From assembly GCF_003704095.1 (NCBI RefSeq), contig NW_020844218.1, positions 186,001 through 250,000 on the forward strand: DNA of 64,000 bases. The letters are read 5' to 3'. Shown here piece after piece: positions 33,444 through 46,200 of the stretch. The notes beneath the pieces were generated by a model. The model worked only from the letters and a program-made list of their open reading frames with translations. It searched no databases and was not told the origin of the DNA. Source of the DNA: Pocillopora damicornis. Taxonomy: Eukaryota. Each line of letters opens with the position of its first letter. The stretch's first letter is position 1. The translations under genes were made by a program, and so were the position numbers.

Positions 33444-34699
33444 CAAATTTCTGTTTAGCGTATACTAGTTCAACCTGATGTGCGCAGGGGAATGTGGAGT
33501 GAGTGCGATCAGAAACCCTCTTTATAGAGCTCGGGGTCCTTTGGCGGCAATATTAAGGTTTCGTTTACATGTACTTCAGACAGACACGTCGAAAAATTTT
33601 GAAATGCAGTAAGTGCGGAATTATGTAATATCAATTAGTCAGCAGAAATTGGAGAATGCGATTGTGCGATCAGTGATAGAGATTGAAAGATGGCCAGGGT
33701 GCTTCCCGAGTTGTTAATGGAGCATGCATCACGGAACACTAAGGGTCCTTCGCGGCCCATTCTCCACTACATTTTTGCAACGCTTCTTTATTAAGAACAA
33801 AAGGAAAACAAACCACTTTATCTGGATATTAGAAAGAGCATTGTATTTAAACATCCTGAGGAATTTTGATACACAATGAAAAATGTTGTCAACTTGATAA
33901 GATCAGATCGTATCATTGTAAGTATCTGTGCTCGCCTACTAAAACGTGGAAAAATGGATGTCTGGTACGTGTGGGAATTCAAGCACGATCTTTTTAGGTA
34001 GGGGCCTTCATAACGCTCTCCGATTGGTTTAAATAACTAGATATCCTCTCGACCAATCTGATGCAAGGCTTAATTGTTCGCGAGTTGGTCGCATTTGTTT
34101 TACTGGGTTTAGGCATTTATATGCATGCTTACGTTGTTTTCACTAGGATAATTTAGGCTGAATAAGGTCGGAAAAGTCCGGAACTGTTAACTCCTTGTTA
34201 GACATCGTTTGAGTTTTCCAAGAATGGAAATTTAACTCTGAACTCTTCAGAAATCTTATGTATTTTGAAATTTTTTTATTCAACTTTCTTCCACTTACCC
34301 TAAACAAGTACATTTTGATTTCTTTTGCTTCTTATCGTTCAAAATAGAAATTGTTTCCTACAGTCCATATATTCAGTTATTCAGAAATAAGACTTAAAAA
34401 AATACACAACTCAAGACACTTAAAAACTCAGATAAATAGCGTTTGCTTTATTTAGACAGCATATAGATAAAAAGTCTCAATAAGGACTGACATAAATTAT
34501 ACTGAGTATGCCATTAGTTTCACTGTAAAACTGAAGGACACCTGTTCCAAATGATGTGCAGAAAAATATGTTTACAAAATTATGCATCCAAGAAAGACTA
34601 CAAAATCTACAAGCCACATGTAAAACCAATATGTCTCCGGTTTCTCTCTTAATCATTCTTAAAAACAGTCATGAATATCCAAAAATAATTACAGATTAG

Positions 34700-36601
34700 T
34701 TAATCAACTTCTTCTACAGTTGGTCCATCGCAGGACCCGTTGGTGCTCTGCTGCTGTCCATGTAACTTGGCCATGATTGGTGAACACACTCGTTGTAGAT
34801 CTTTCTCTCTTTCTTCGTACTCTTCTTTGTCCGCCTGTAAATTTCTGTCCAACCAATCGATTACTTCTTTCACCTTGCTTTTTACCGTCTCCACGTCTGC
34901 AGAGCTGAGTTTGTTCTCCACCTTTGGATCTACTATCGACTGTTTGACGCTATACGCATAGTTTTCCAAGCTGTTTCTGGCTGAGATTTTCTGGCGCTGC
35001 TTCTCGTCTTCTTCCTTGTACCTCTCGGCTTCAGCCACCATGCGATCAATGTCAGCTTTGGACAACCTTCCCTTGTCATTGGTGATGGTGATATTGTTGC
35101 TTCTGCCAGTGCTTTGATCCTTCGCGGATACGTTCAAGATCCCGTTGGCATCAATATCCAGAGAGACTTCTATTTTGGGCACGCCTCGAGGCGCCGGTGG
35201 GATTCCGCTCAGCTCAAATCGTCCCAGTTCATTGTTGTCTTTGGTCATAGCACGCTCGCCTTCAAAGACTTGAATGGTAACGGCGGGTTGATTGTCGGAA
35301 TAGGTTGTGAACTCTTTGGAAACTTTTGTTGGGATTCTCGTATTGCGTTCAATCAGTGTTGTCATTACCCCACCGGCGGTTTCAATCCCGAGGCTTAAGG
35401 GTGTAACATCGAGCAATAAGACATCCTTGATCTCTGAGCTTTGGTCTCCGGATAGGATCGCTGCTTGGATTGCGGCACCGTAAGCTACGGCTTCGTCTGG
35501 GTTAATAGACTTGTTTAGCTTTTTACCATCGAAGAAGTCTTCTAAAAGTTTCTGTATCTTTGGAATCCTTGTAGAGCCCCCAACCAGAACCACCTCATGG
35601 ATTTGACTTTTGTCCAGCTTTGCATCTTTTAGTGCCTTTTCCACAGGCTCGAGGCAAGAGCGAAAGAGATCCATACATAGCTCTTCAAACTTGGCTCGGG
35701 TTATCTTAGAGTAGAAATCAACCCCCTCAGATAATGAGTCAATCTCTATATTGGCCTGAGTACTGGACGACAGTGTTCGTTTGGCTCGCTCACAATTAGT
35801 CATCAGGCGACGCAATGCTCTTGGATTGCTTTTGAGATCTTTCTTGAACTTTTGCTTGAACTCTTTTACAAAGTGATCCACAATGCGGTTGTCGAAGTCT
35901 TCTCCGCCAAGATGTGTGTTACCAGCTGTGGAGAGAACCTCAAAGAGTGATCCTTCGTCGATTGTCAAAATGGAGACGTCAAAGGTACCTCCTCCCAGGT
36001 CGAAAATTAGCACGTTCTTCTCTCCGCTGAGGTTTTTTTCCAAGCCATATGCGAGAGCAGCAGCGGTTGGCTCATTGATTATCCTCTTCACATTTAGTCC
36101 TGCTATTGTGCCAGCATCTTTTGTGGCCTGTCTCTGAGAATCATTGAAATAAGCTGGAACTGTGATAACTGCATCTCGAACAGTTTGGCCCAAGTAAGCT
36201 TCAGCTGTTTCTTTCATCTTAGTGAGGACCATAGAACTGATTTCCTCTGGAGTGAAAGTTTTCCATGCGTCTTTAGTATGTACACGCAGTTTTGGTTTGC
36301 CGTTCTCACTGATGACTTGGAAAGGCCAGTTCTTCCTGTCTGATTGAACCACAGGATCATCAAATTTCCTGCCGATCAGTCGTTTGGCATCGAAGATAGT
36401 GTTGCTTGGGTTTAACGTTGCTTGGTTCTTAGCAGCGTCGCCGATCAAACGTTCTGTGTCAGTGAAAGCGACGTAACTGGGGGTTGTGCGGTTTCCTTGA
36501 TCGTTAGCGATGATCTCAACTTTACCATGTTGAAAGACTCCAACACATGAGTAAGTTGTTCCAAGGTCGATTCCGACTGCAGGAGCTGACTTCACTGGCA
36601 T
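34700..36601 (-). CDS. HSP70: Cytosolic HSP70, intronless inducible type, 633 aa
   Basis: [23 protein letters not shown] and [14 protein letters not shown] signatures; C-terminal GPTVEEVD; no GGMP repeats; start MPVKSAPAV lies downstream of TATAAA (36699-36704). Confidence 0.97.
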   Translation of the reverse strand: MPVKSAPAVGIDLGTTYSCVGVFQHGKVEIIANDQGNRTTPSYVAFTDTERLIGDAAKNQATLNPSNTIFDAKRLIGRKFDDPVVQSDRKNWPFQVISENGKPKLRVHTKDAWKTFTPEEISSMVLTKMKETAEAYLGQTVRDAVITVPAYFNDSQRQATKDAGTIAGLNVKRIINEPTAAALAYGLEKNLSGEKNVLIFDLGGGTFDVSILTIDEGSLFEVLSTAGNTHLGGEDFDNRIVDHFVKEFKQKFKKDLKSNPRALRRLMTNCERAKRTLSSSTQANIEIDSLSEGVDFYSKITRAKFEELCMDLFRSCLEPVEKALKDAKLDKSQIHEVVLVGGSTRIPKIQKLLEDFFDGKKLNKSINPDEAVAYGAAIQAAILSGDQSSEIKDVLLLDVTPLSLGIETAGGVMTTLIERNTRIPTKVSKEFTTYSDNQPAVTIQVFEGERAMTKDNNELGRFELSGIPPAPRGVPKIEVSLDIDANGILNVSAKDQSTGRSNNITITNDKGRLSKADIDRMVAEAERYKEEDEKQRQKISARNSLENYAYSVKQSIVDPKVENKLSSADVETVKSKVKEVIDWLDRNLQADKEEYEEREKDLQRVCSPIMAKLHGQQQSTNGSCDGPTVEEVD

Positions 36602-36698
36602 CTTCGAAAGCTTCTGATAATGTTCTTGTAGTCTTCTTTCTTGCTGAGGGAGCTTCTTTCGCGTGAAATTTTTGAACAGCTTCGTAAAAAGGCTTGCA

Positions 36699-37275
36699 TT
36701 TATACCCCCTAAGCTAGGAAACATTACATCAGATGTCTAAAAATACAAATATGCTGACATCATTTCATCCGTGATTAACCAATGAAATTGATTTTATTTT
36801 TAAGAAAAAGTATCTAGAGACTTCTCTTAGTCTATTTTTGTAAGTTCGAGAAAATTCTGAAGGTTCTTTAACATCCTAGCCGCTACTAGATTGTTCCGGA
36901 GAGAGAAGAGTGCAATCCAGAAAAATCTCGATTGTTGACGAACGTTCGCTTTGCACCAATCTCCCTCGTCTGCCGCGAGCCCTTAAGCCAACCAGCGGTG
37001 TATTCAATATGGCGGCCGTAGAGAAATATGCTGACATTATTTCATTAGTGATTAGCCAATGAAATTGATTTTATTTTTAAGAAAAAGTATCTAGAGACTT
37101 CTCTAAGTCTATTTTTGTGGGTTCGAGGAAATTCTAAAGGTCCAGTTCGAGAGACGAGTGTAATCCAGAACAACCTCGATCGTTCACGAACATTCACTTA
37201 GCACCAATCTCCCTCGTCTACCGCGAGCCCTTCAGCCAACCAGCGGTAAACATGCAACCTATCAATATGGCAGTG
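36699..37275 (-). promoter_or_regulatory. HSP70 promoter: TATA, heat-shock elements and CCAAT boxes in a tandemly duplicated ~260-275-bp block
   Basis: gTTCgaGAAaaTTCt at 36844-36858 and gTTCgaGGAaaTTCt at 37121-37135; units about 36747-37018 and 37024-37275. Confidence 0.85.
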
Positions 37276-38234
37276 GCAGGGGAGCGAAAGGCACATGCGT
37301 TTCTTGGATCTTGGATTTCTGTTAAGATAGATTGTGACGATTTTTGCACAGTTCTTTTGTTCCTTTTAATTTCGTTAACGTGCACACAGAAGGGTGATAG
37401 ATGAGAAAGTGTCCAGTGGTATTAAAAAACATACCTCTTCTTGTCCTGATTTCCATTTGTCTAAAGCCCTTGATGTGGATTTTATGAGGCAACGGCTGAC
37501 ATGAACAGCTTTACATATCGTCCGAGACAATTGTTTTCATTAAAGAAATATGCCAAGAACAAAAATAATTCACTAACAGTCTCCCAGCCTGAAAAGTTAC
37601 GTTACGGGTATGGTTATTACTATTTTGTACACATGCGGAGAAACAAAACTCTGGAACTTTATTACCTCAATATTAATTATTTGTGTCAGTCCTCACTACT
37701 GAACCACGCATTATCGGTCACAACCTGACGCCATTTTCAAAGTACGGAAAACGACTTAACATGGGAAGACAAATAAGGGATTTAAATACTGATCCTCTCA
37801 GGAGTTGGCACAAATTAACACTGCTTTCATTCTGGAATTCTGTGACTAGTAAAAGACGTGCTCTACAGAGCAGAGAATTGACATGTATGGATTAGGTTGC
37901 AAATTTTTTTAATCTTTGGAAACCTACCATATTGGCAAGTTTTCTTTACCCCACTTGATGCATGATGAAATTAAACTCAAAAAGGCCAGTATGAAATGTT
38001 GCTGACAATGAGCCCATCAGCTGCAAAAAATTTGTAATCGGTGAAAGCATAATAAACTTTCCTTAAGTATGTCTCTCTTTTTTTTTGTTTATTGAGTCTT
38101 ACTTTCACATGATTTAAATGCTGGAGTTGATGCCAGATCAAAACAATTATTAATGCAATCAACATTCAGCTCATTCTTGCTATTTGAACAAGTCCTCCCA
38201 TACTTCATTTCTGACCAGAAATAAAAAGTCTAAG

Positions 38235-38361
38235 GCCCAGGGGCCTGGCCCCCTCCCCCCTTATTTTGGGTAAAAGAAAAAAGAATTGCAGAAGGGTAGG
38301 ATAGGGTAAGCAACAAAAAACTGGGCTCCCACCCTTAGCTTAAGGTCTGGATCTGCCACTG
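38235..38361. mobile_element. Short GC-rich MITE remnant
   Basis: Ends in ctggatctgccactg (reverse complement CAGTGGCAGATCCAG), a TIR-like terminus; other end eroded. Confidence 0.4.
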
Positions 38362-40147
38362 TGTATAGGTATCTCTTTCAAATGCAGTGTGCTGAATCAA
38401 ACTTTGATTTGATTCAAGTCAAACTTTGAAGACATTACTTTCTTAAATAATGAAGCACTTCTGGGGTGAAATTGTACAAAAGGATGTCCCACAAATTCAA
38501 AATGGAAATTAAACCTATAGCTACATTTCTTTTTTTTCTTCTTTTGTCATGTAATGGCTGTTTATTGGTGTTTCTAAAGTTCGACTAGGTGGCAGGAAAC
38601 AGATAATAAATCAGTCACTCAATTTTTTTAAATATGAAGCATTTAATGTTTTTTTCGCCTTTTCTAAGTTCAAGATTTACGGGATTGACACAAATGTGAT
38701 ATGATTATTTTTTCTTAGCTGATGATAAATTTAAAAAATATTTCATTTTTAGTGAGGTAGGAGATGGATTTTAATCAAGATGATAGATGAAATAATGACC
38801 AACTTATTAACTGTTTTTTTTCGTCTTTGTGTGGGTAACTGCTTGTGTTAAGAACATTCAAAGAAAACTTTGATTGCGTAATCATTTTGTTTTGATTTAA
38901 AGTAGGTAAAAAGTTCTGTTTTCTTCCTTTGTCAAGTTTACACCATAATTTTCCTAGTGTATAACTGTTCACAGCTTGAATTACCTACTTGGCTAGCATT
39001 CCTGATAAACCAGTTTGCAATTGTACACATGAACTATACCCTTATAGTAGTATGTCCCTAAGTAGCAAGTCAGTTGGAGCAAGGAGATTGATGGAGATAG
39101 ATCAGAGTTTCTATTTACATTGTTCCAGTTGCATAACGTTGCAGTTTCTCTGAGACAGGATCAGATGTAAGTTCCAGCTTACTGTATTAAGTTTCCTTAT
39201 TTTTTCCATTTTGCTTGTTCTGTAATTAGTCTCAGCCCATCTTGTAAATTGCAATTTCCCCTTTCTAGTTTTCACCGCATGTGTATGATGGTCAGATGAT
39301 AGCTTTAAATGTTGCTGAATCAACTTGTGTTGTCAATTCCTACACTGTGGTTAAAACTCCCCAAACTCCAGTGCACAACACCCCGTGTCTGTTGCATTGA
39401 GTATATGATAGCTTGGTCAACCCCCCAGGGATTTTTTTCAGAAGTAAATATGAGAGACAAACAGAGACATTAGAGAGATTTTTTATTTTTGTAAATTGTT
39501 TTATTTGAAAGTTACTAATTTCTACTTAAGATTAGCACAAACTGAATTTTGTTAAGTGTTTTCTAAACTTAAAGTGCATTGACTCATATGCAGTGCAATG
39601 ATTTTTGTATTCTAAATGCAATGAAAGAGTATTAACATTTTTTGTGTTCAAGGTTTTCATTAAGAACATGGCAAGAAGTAGGAGAATATTTTCCATGTCA
39701 GAATTAGAAATAGTTCCAGCCATCAACATTTAGCTGGAAAATTATACACATTACCTGGAGAATTCTGCAATATCCAATGGCTTTGAACACCAAGAGTTGC
39801 AGAATTTCCTAAGTTCATAACATGTCTTATTAAATTTGAAACAAAGTGATGAAAGAAAAAAATGACAAAGATCAGCTCCAACATGATTTTCACCACAAAT
39901 AATCGTTTTCACTTTGAATTAACATTGGCATTTTCATGTTACTTTTCCAGCCATCAAGTCATTGTGCTTTGCTTACAACAGATTCTAAAACAAGTTTGCA
40001 CCATCTGTTGGAGATCTTCTTTACTAGGGTAAAAGTAAGAAAACAGACACTTGTGAGGAGGAGGATATAGTTTTACACTATATAATCTGTTCACATTCAA
40101 TGTTTTCGGAAGCTTTTAATGTTAAAGTGCTAGATCTATTTACTCTG

Positions 40148-43094
40148 TCATACACAAATATCTCTCTTTTTGTGCCTAAGTGTTTTCTGCAAGACATGAG
40201 CATCTGCTGGTTCAATGTGTTTGTAGTATTGTTTCTTTGTTTCTATTATTTCAAATCCAAATCTCTTGTAAAATCCTATTGCTCCTTCATTGCTAACTTG
40301 AACATGCCTGAAATTAGACAGAGATAAATCATTAACATTCCAGTATGTCAGAGAACTATGAAAAAAGTATTGCATAACTTAAAATGTTTACCAGTAGATC
40401 ACAGATGATATTAAAATGACGAAAGAACAACAAAGTGGCAATGAGGTGAAGCTGAGTATGTCATTGATGTTCTTCCCACATTTTTATTTCATCTGTGATT
40501 TTTTGCTGTACAGGCACATAGTAACAAGGAATCTGTTTGTTTTATACAATAAGGAAGTAAATTATGATTAGTGATATCATGTATGCATCTGTCTTTCAAA
40601 CAATCATAAGTAGGAACCATTCAAAATGGGACATGGTTTGATGCTACTCTGGTTTACAGAATTAATGAATGTAACCAAAGAAGTTACAAGGTGCATTCAA
40701 AATGGGTTTACAATTCAGCTTATTGTATAAATACAAAAATATTAGGTTCTGAAACATTACTTTGCCCAAATCATTTATAATTTAACTACTACATGTACAC
40801 ATACACAGTATGCTTTTTTGGTTTAAAGGAAAAGGAGAACTGGCTATAGTTTTTCAGTATTTGTTTCAGAAAATGAACAAAGAGGAAAAATCAAGGAAAA
40901 ATAATTATAGAAAAACAGCTAAACTTTGTCTAAATCGCCTGCTCCAAGGCTTCTATTACCAATATCAACCAAAAAAAACTTACAAATAAACATTGTCAAT
41001 GTTACCATCCTTTTCACAGCACTTTAGCACATGTTCAAGCATGACAGTACCTGAGAGTAAAAAAGGCATTATGTAAACATTACATGCATGATTCAATGCA
41101 GAAATCTTTAAAACCTATGCTCCTCTTGAGCATTTTAAAGTTGCAAGCAGTACCAAATAATTAGACTTTGTTTGTTTAGAACAAACCCAATAAAAAGCAC
41201 ACCAGAAGTATCATTCTTTCAACTTACCAATACCAAGTCTTCTATAAGGGGCTAAACATCCCAAAGTCATTATATAAAGCCGTCTAGCATCTTCTATCTG
41301 GTCAATGCGACAGCAAACTGCTCCAACTACAATGTCATTATAAAATGCTAAAAGAGATTCAAGAAAAAAAATTAAAGCCTATTAATCTGTGATGGTCATA
41401 TAGCCTTGGAAAAATACCTTTTGGTCAGGTATTTATGAAAGAGAATCAAATATAAAATGTTTTAGGAATAAGAATGTGTTTTAAGCTACAGCTGCATATT
41501 CTAAAACACAACCTTGGGAAAAGGGAACAACTTAAGCCCCCCCCCCAACCAATGCCCCTGTGAGGATGCAATAACAATTACCTTAAGATAGGCCATATGG
41601 TGGATTCACATGTGACTACTGCTACTTTCGATTTACATCAGCAATGTCATATATGTCTAGTTTGGAGACAGTATATGATAGATTCATGTAGCAAATTTTA
41701 AGCTTACTTATACATGTATATATAAAATAAAGAAAGATGTTTGAAATTAATCATGTGTGTGATGCAAGGAAACTTCTTTTGTATTTTTCAAGACCCAAGA
41801 CTGAAAGTTTCAAACTATTTTTCTATTTTCTTGGTTTTAAGTTTGCCAAAATAAATAGTAGCAAAAAAAAAAGAAATAAAATGGTCTTGTAATTAAACTA
41901 TTTCACATAGAATTATCTTAGTCAATACTCTTCGACAAAGTACCTAGTTTCGCTAGTTCCCCAACTTCAAGTACATCCTTGTAAAACTGTAAAGCAATAC
42001 AAATCTGCATGAGAATTAATGTGTCGCTAAATATTAGATCTATGAACTTGAGATTTCTATTGTGAGATCATTGACTATCACCCGTAGAAATTGAGAGCGA
42101 ATGATCTAAGTGTCCTAGTGTAAATCTGCTATTCGTTTAAAACCTATCAACATTTTGATTACAACTGCACATGTTACTGTTTAATTGTAATAGAATAAAC
42201 AGTGAGTCGCATATAAAATCAGATTACAGCATATACCTGTGGATTTCTATTAACACAGTAGACGCAAAGTTTTCATGTGCCCCGAGATAGTCCTAAACTC
42301 TTCACCGGTACAACTTGCAGATATTTTGCATACAAATAAAAGTTAAGCTTTTTTAACCAGAGCCTGCTGCAAACATATGTAGGAGGATGGCAAGAAATTA
42401 AAATTTATATACACCTAAGTAGGCAAGATTGTTAAAAAGAACTACATGTTATCTGGAAAATTCTTCGATGACATTAAAAATATCCTTGACAGAGAAATGT
42501 GAGTATTTAATGCAGAACATTTGACACCTCATTTCGTTGATGGGGGGCTTAAAAAAAACCAGTTACACAATCATAGTCACGATTTATATTCGGTGAGATG
42601 CAAACCATCGTCTGTAGTTTACCGACTTTGTGAAGTTCGAGAACATCTAAAGAAAAAGACCGCCTACATATTTAGCATGATGATGGCAGAGTGATGACAT
42701 CTTGAAAATGAAATGTTGGTTGTCTGTGCACATGCGTTAGTTCCAAATTGTCACATGAAATGTACCAAATTTTTGTTCCATCGAAAGATATTCGATGTCT
42801 CTTCAGCAGATGAACTATTAACATATCTAAAACAATCTAACGAATCTTTTCTCAACAAACGATGGAAAGCTTAATCTTTACCTTGTCGTTATAGCTGACG
42901 GGAAATACAACAGAGTTCAATTTCTTGAGCTGCTTGATGTTGTGAGGAGTTACATCACCTAACTCTGTTCTTCCCTTCCTATTCCACGGAAATACTAAAA
43001 GATCAGTGAACGCGAAGAAGATCAAACAATCGATCCAGAAAGATACTCACGGTTTCAGAGGTTTCGATGTAACAATTTCCTGATCATTCGACAT
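40148..43094 (-). CDS. NAA50: N-alpha-acetyltransferase 50, 6 exons
   Basis: Exons 43051-43094, 42882-42978, 41944-41986, 41228-41347, 40984-41050, 40148-40307; ELGDVTPHNIKQLKKLN, FPVSYNDKFYKDVL, RLYIMTLGCLAPYRRLGIG, HVQVSNEGAIGFY, IEPADAHVLQK. Confidence 0.96.
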
Positions 43095-43216
43095 ATTTCT
43101 ACAGGACCACTCATGTAATCGTTCCCGCCAAACACTGCCCATGCTCGATCCTCGCTTTCAGGATGAGTGCTAGTGCCACTGCTAAACTTGAATACATTGC
43201 AGGCTCAACTTGCAAA

Positions 43217-46200
43217 ATGGCAACCTTGGAGATTCGCCTGAAGAGAGTGAACAAGATTTACCACGAAGGCGTCAGTATATTCTTGGATATTCTAATGTTT
43301 TAATTGCAACTGCACTTTAAATAACTCTGAATGATCTTAATTATAAAACTATGAATCCATAACTTCGGCTCGGATACATATATACATACATGCATACGTA
43401 GATTATGAGCTCGAGATTTCTATCGCACAATAGTTGACGAGGGGGAATCTACTATCAACTAACGTGCATAAAAAAACTGGAGTGAATGATTGGATATTTT
43501 AGTATAAATCTACTGGTATTTCGAAATTCTCCTCACTATCTATCGCTGAATAGATAGCGAATGGCACAGCTAATTAGATTGCAGTATTTGTGGCAATCAT
43601 TATTATTATTTGAGAGACCGATCTAAAGTAAGTTTTGTACATGTTGCTCATACATAGTTTAATTGTATCGTTACATTTTATGTTTGTTTGTTTGAAATTT
43701 TACCGAACATTTGTTTGATACTTTACCAAACTCAAAAAAAAAAAAAGTTGAAAAAAAATGTCTCATGACAGATGTGGATTGGAAATTGTCCAGGGTGATC
43801 TTGGTAGCAGATATAATACTATTTGTCAGTACTGACTTATTTCAAATATGAATGGAGAGTCCATTAAGGTGGTATGGAATTTTGATATAACTTGGGAATG
43901 TTATTGAATCACCTCTTTCTGTATTAATCTTAGGACATTGTTAAAGGTGTTATTGTAGTTCAGAGTCGTGGAGAGCTCTCACACAATGGTATCACTCTCT
44001 CTATGGAAGGATCTGTGAATCTACAACTGAGTGCTAAAAGTGTTGGAGTTTTTGAAGCATTCTACAACTCCTTGAAGCCAATCCATCTGGTCAACTACTC
44101 CCTAGAGATTGCAAAACCTGGCAAATTATACCATTCTATTTCAATGTCTTTAGATTTTGGTTGATATTTGATTGTATTTATATTGTATTTTCATCACCAT
44201 TCCAACAGTACAATGTCAGCATGAGTAATTTTTGTGTTTTCCCATCTATATAATCTTGATTTTTTTATTCTATTCATGATAATGTTGTTGGAAAACTGAA
44301 TCACTCTTATCATCCTTTCCTGTATCACATGCATATTACTACCTATCATGTAAAATCTTGCATAGTCCATTTATTATTCAGACTTTGCTTCCTGTGGCCT
44401 TTAGACAATATACATGTAGGTCACTGAGATGTTATGCAGTTCAGATTTATATTTTTGACTAGGTTATTTACAGACCCATCATTGTTAAATTTTAATAGTT
44501 TAAATATTATTCTGAGATGGATTTGAATGACTGTAAGGTTTACGCCAAATGGCAAGACTGAACTTCCTTTTGAGATTCCACTGAAACCCAAGGGTAACAA
44601 GCCACTGTATGAGACCTATCATGGAGTTTTTGTAAACATTCAGGTATTTTTTAAGTTTTACATGTTGAGCAGTTGTATGATTTGACAATAGCACTGAGTG
44701 TTATTACTTTAGTATGTTTAACAGGTTATTATATTTATCACGGTATGGCTCATGTCCAAATCAATAACATAATAGAATTATACCAAAGATTGAATGCTTC
44801 CCAATAGTTTCTCATTTATTTCCAACCTGCTGATCCTCACACAGTTTTAATGTTCTTAAACATTTCATTAGTCACTCAACTCCTGTAAGCATTCATTTTT
44901 CCAAGAAAATGTTACCAGCCACAAGTAAAGTCTTACCTCAGCACAGTGACCTCAGCTAGTTTTAGCATTAAACTGCTTATTAAACTCACTTTCCATTTCT
45001 GATTCCATCCCTACTCAACATTGACTTGACTTTCCAATGAAAGAAAGACCCTGACTATAACTTTTTAGTTTTTGGTTTGGCTTTTCCATTTTATCTCCAA
45101 TGCAGAGAGGAATGTTTAAAGCTTCAGCTGATTTGTTGTTTATTATTCTACAGTACTATCTCCGAAGTGAAATGAAAAGGCCATATTTGAACAAAGACCT
45201 TCAGAGCCAAGCAGAGTTTATAGTTGAGAATAAGGTTATTTTTGGAATTATATTACTCATCTTTCTACATTGTATAAACAAAATGAAGCACCTTTTTAAA
45301 GTCTTTCATATTCTATAAAATTGAATAGCATACTAGATCTTAATGCACTGAAATGGACTAAAAGGATCTCATTATTGACTATCAACAGAAAGTTTAGAAG
45401 TACAAATTAACTGCAATCACTAGTGAAATTCAAAAAAGTGATTTTGAGCATTAGAACTTTATTGGTGTTGAAAAGAGAATATGGGTTACATTTGTGTTTG
45501 CATATTGTTTTATAAAGCTGTCATAAATACAAAGTTTACATCAATCACATAGGAATGGAAGGCACCAAAATTAGATTCCTGAACAAATGCTTATCATTTA
45601 CCCATGTCAATTAACATATTGGTAATCAACCATCTAGCACATTTACTGGACTTCACAGCACCTATATTTATTGTCTCTCAAAGCAGAAAGGGAGGCAACA
45701 TAGCTGAGTGATAAGGGTGCTGGACTAGTTTTGTGGTTGTCCAGGTTCAAGCTCTCCATCTTGTTACTAACTGAATTTGTTCTCAAGTGCCTGAAGTTCA
45801 GTTCTTGGGAGTGATCTGTTAACAGCTAACTGGTCTGTCTCCCATGGCTCATTTTATGGTTACAATATTATTTATATGATATTTGTTTCATTCTTTGTCT
45901 ACACTGGCCATGAAAAGGAGCCATCATTTAAGAAAACTTGTATTGTTATATCACTACTATTATTGTCATTATTATATTTCAAGCCACAAGATACTTAAAA
46001 ATATGACCCTGTGGAGTATTAGTTCCTGACTGTTCAATAAGTTTAAGTCTAATGATTTTCTGTAGAGAAAGTTATACCCATTGGCATTTGAAGTTCTTAT
46101 ATGTTTTTGCTTTATTGTGTTAGTGGTAATGTTCTCTAAAAGTTTTTAAAATTTTTTTCCAGGTGACATCTAAGAAGGGAGAGGTAAAACCTGTAGAGTT

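Noticed and set aside
36602-36724. 41-aa N-terminal extension of HSP70 in the ORF track
   Set aside because: It spans the TATA box and 5' UTR; homology begins at [14 protein letters not shown] (36601).
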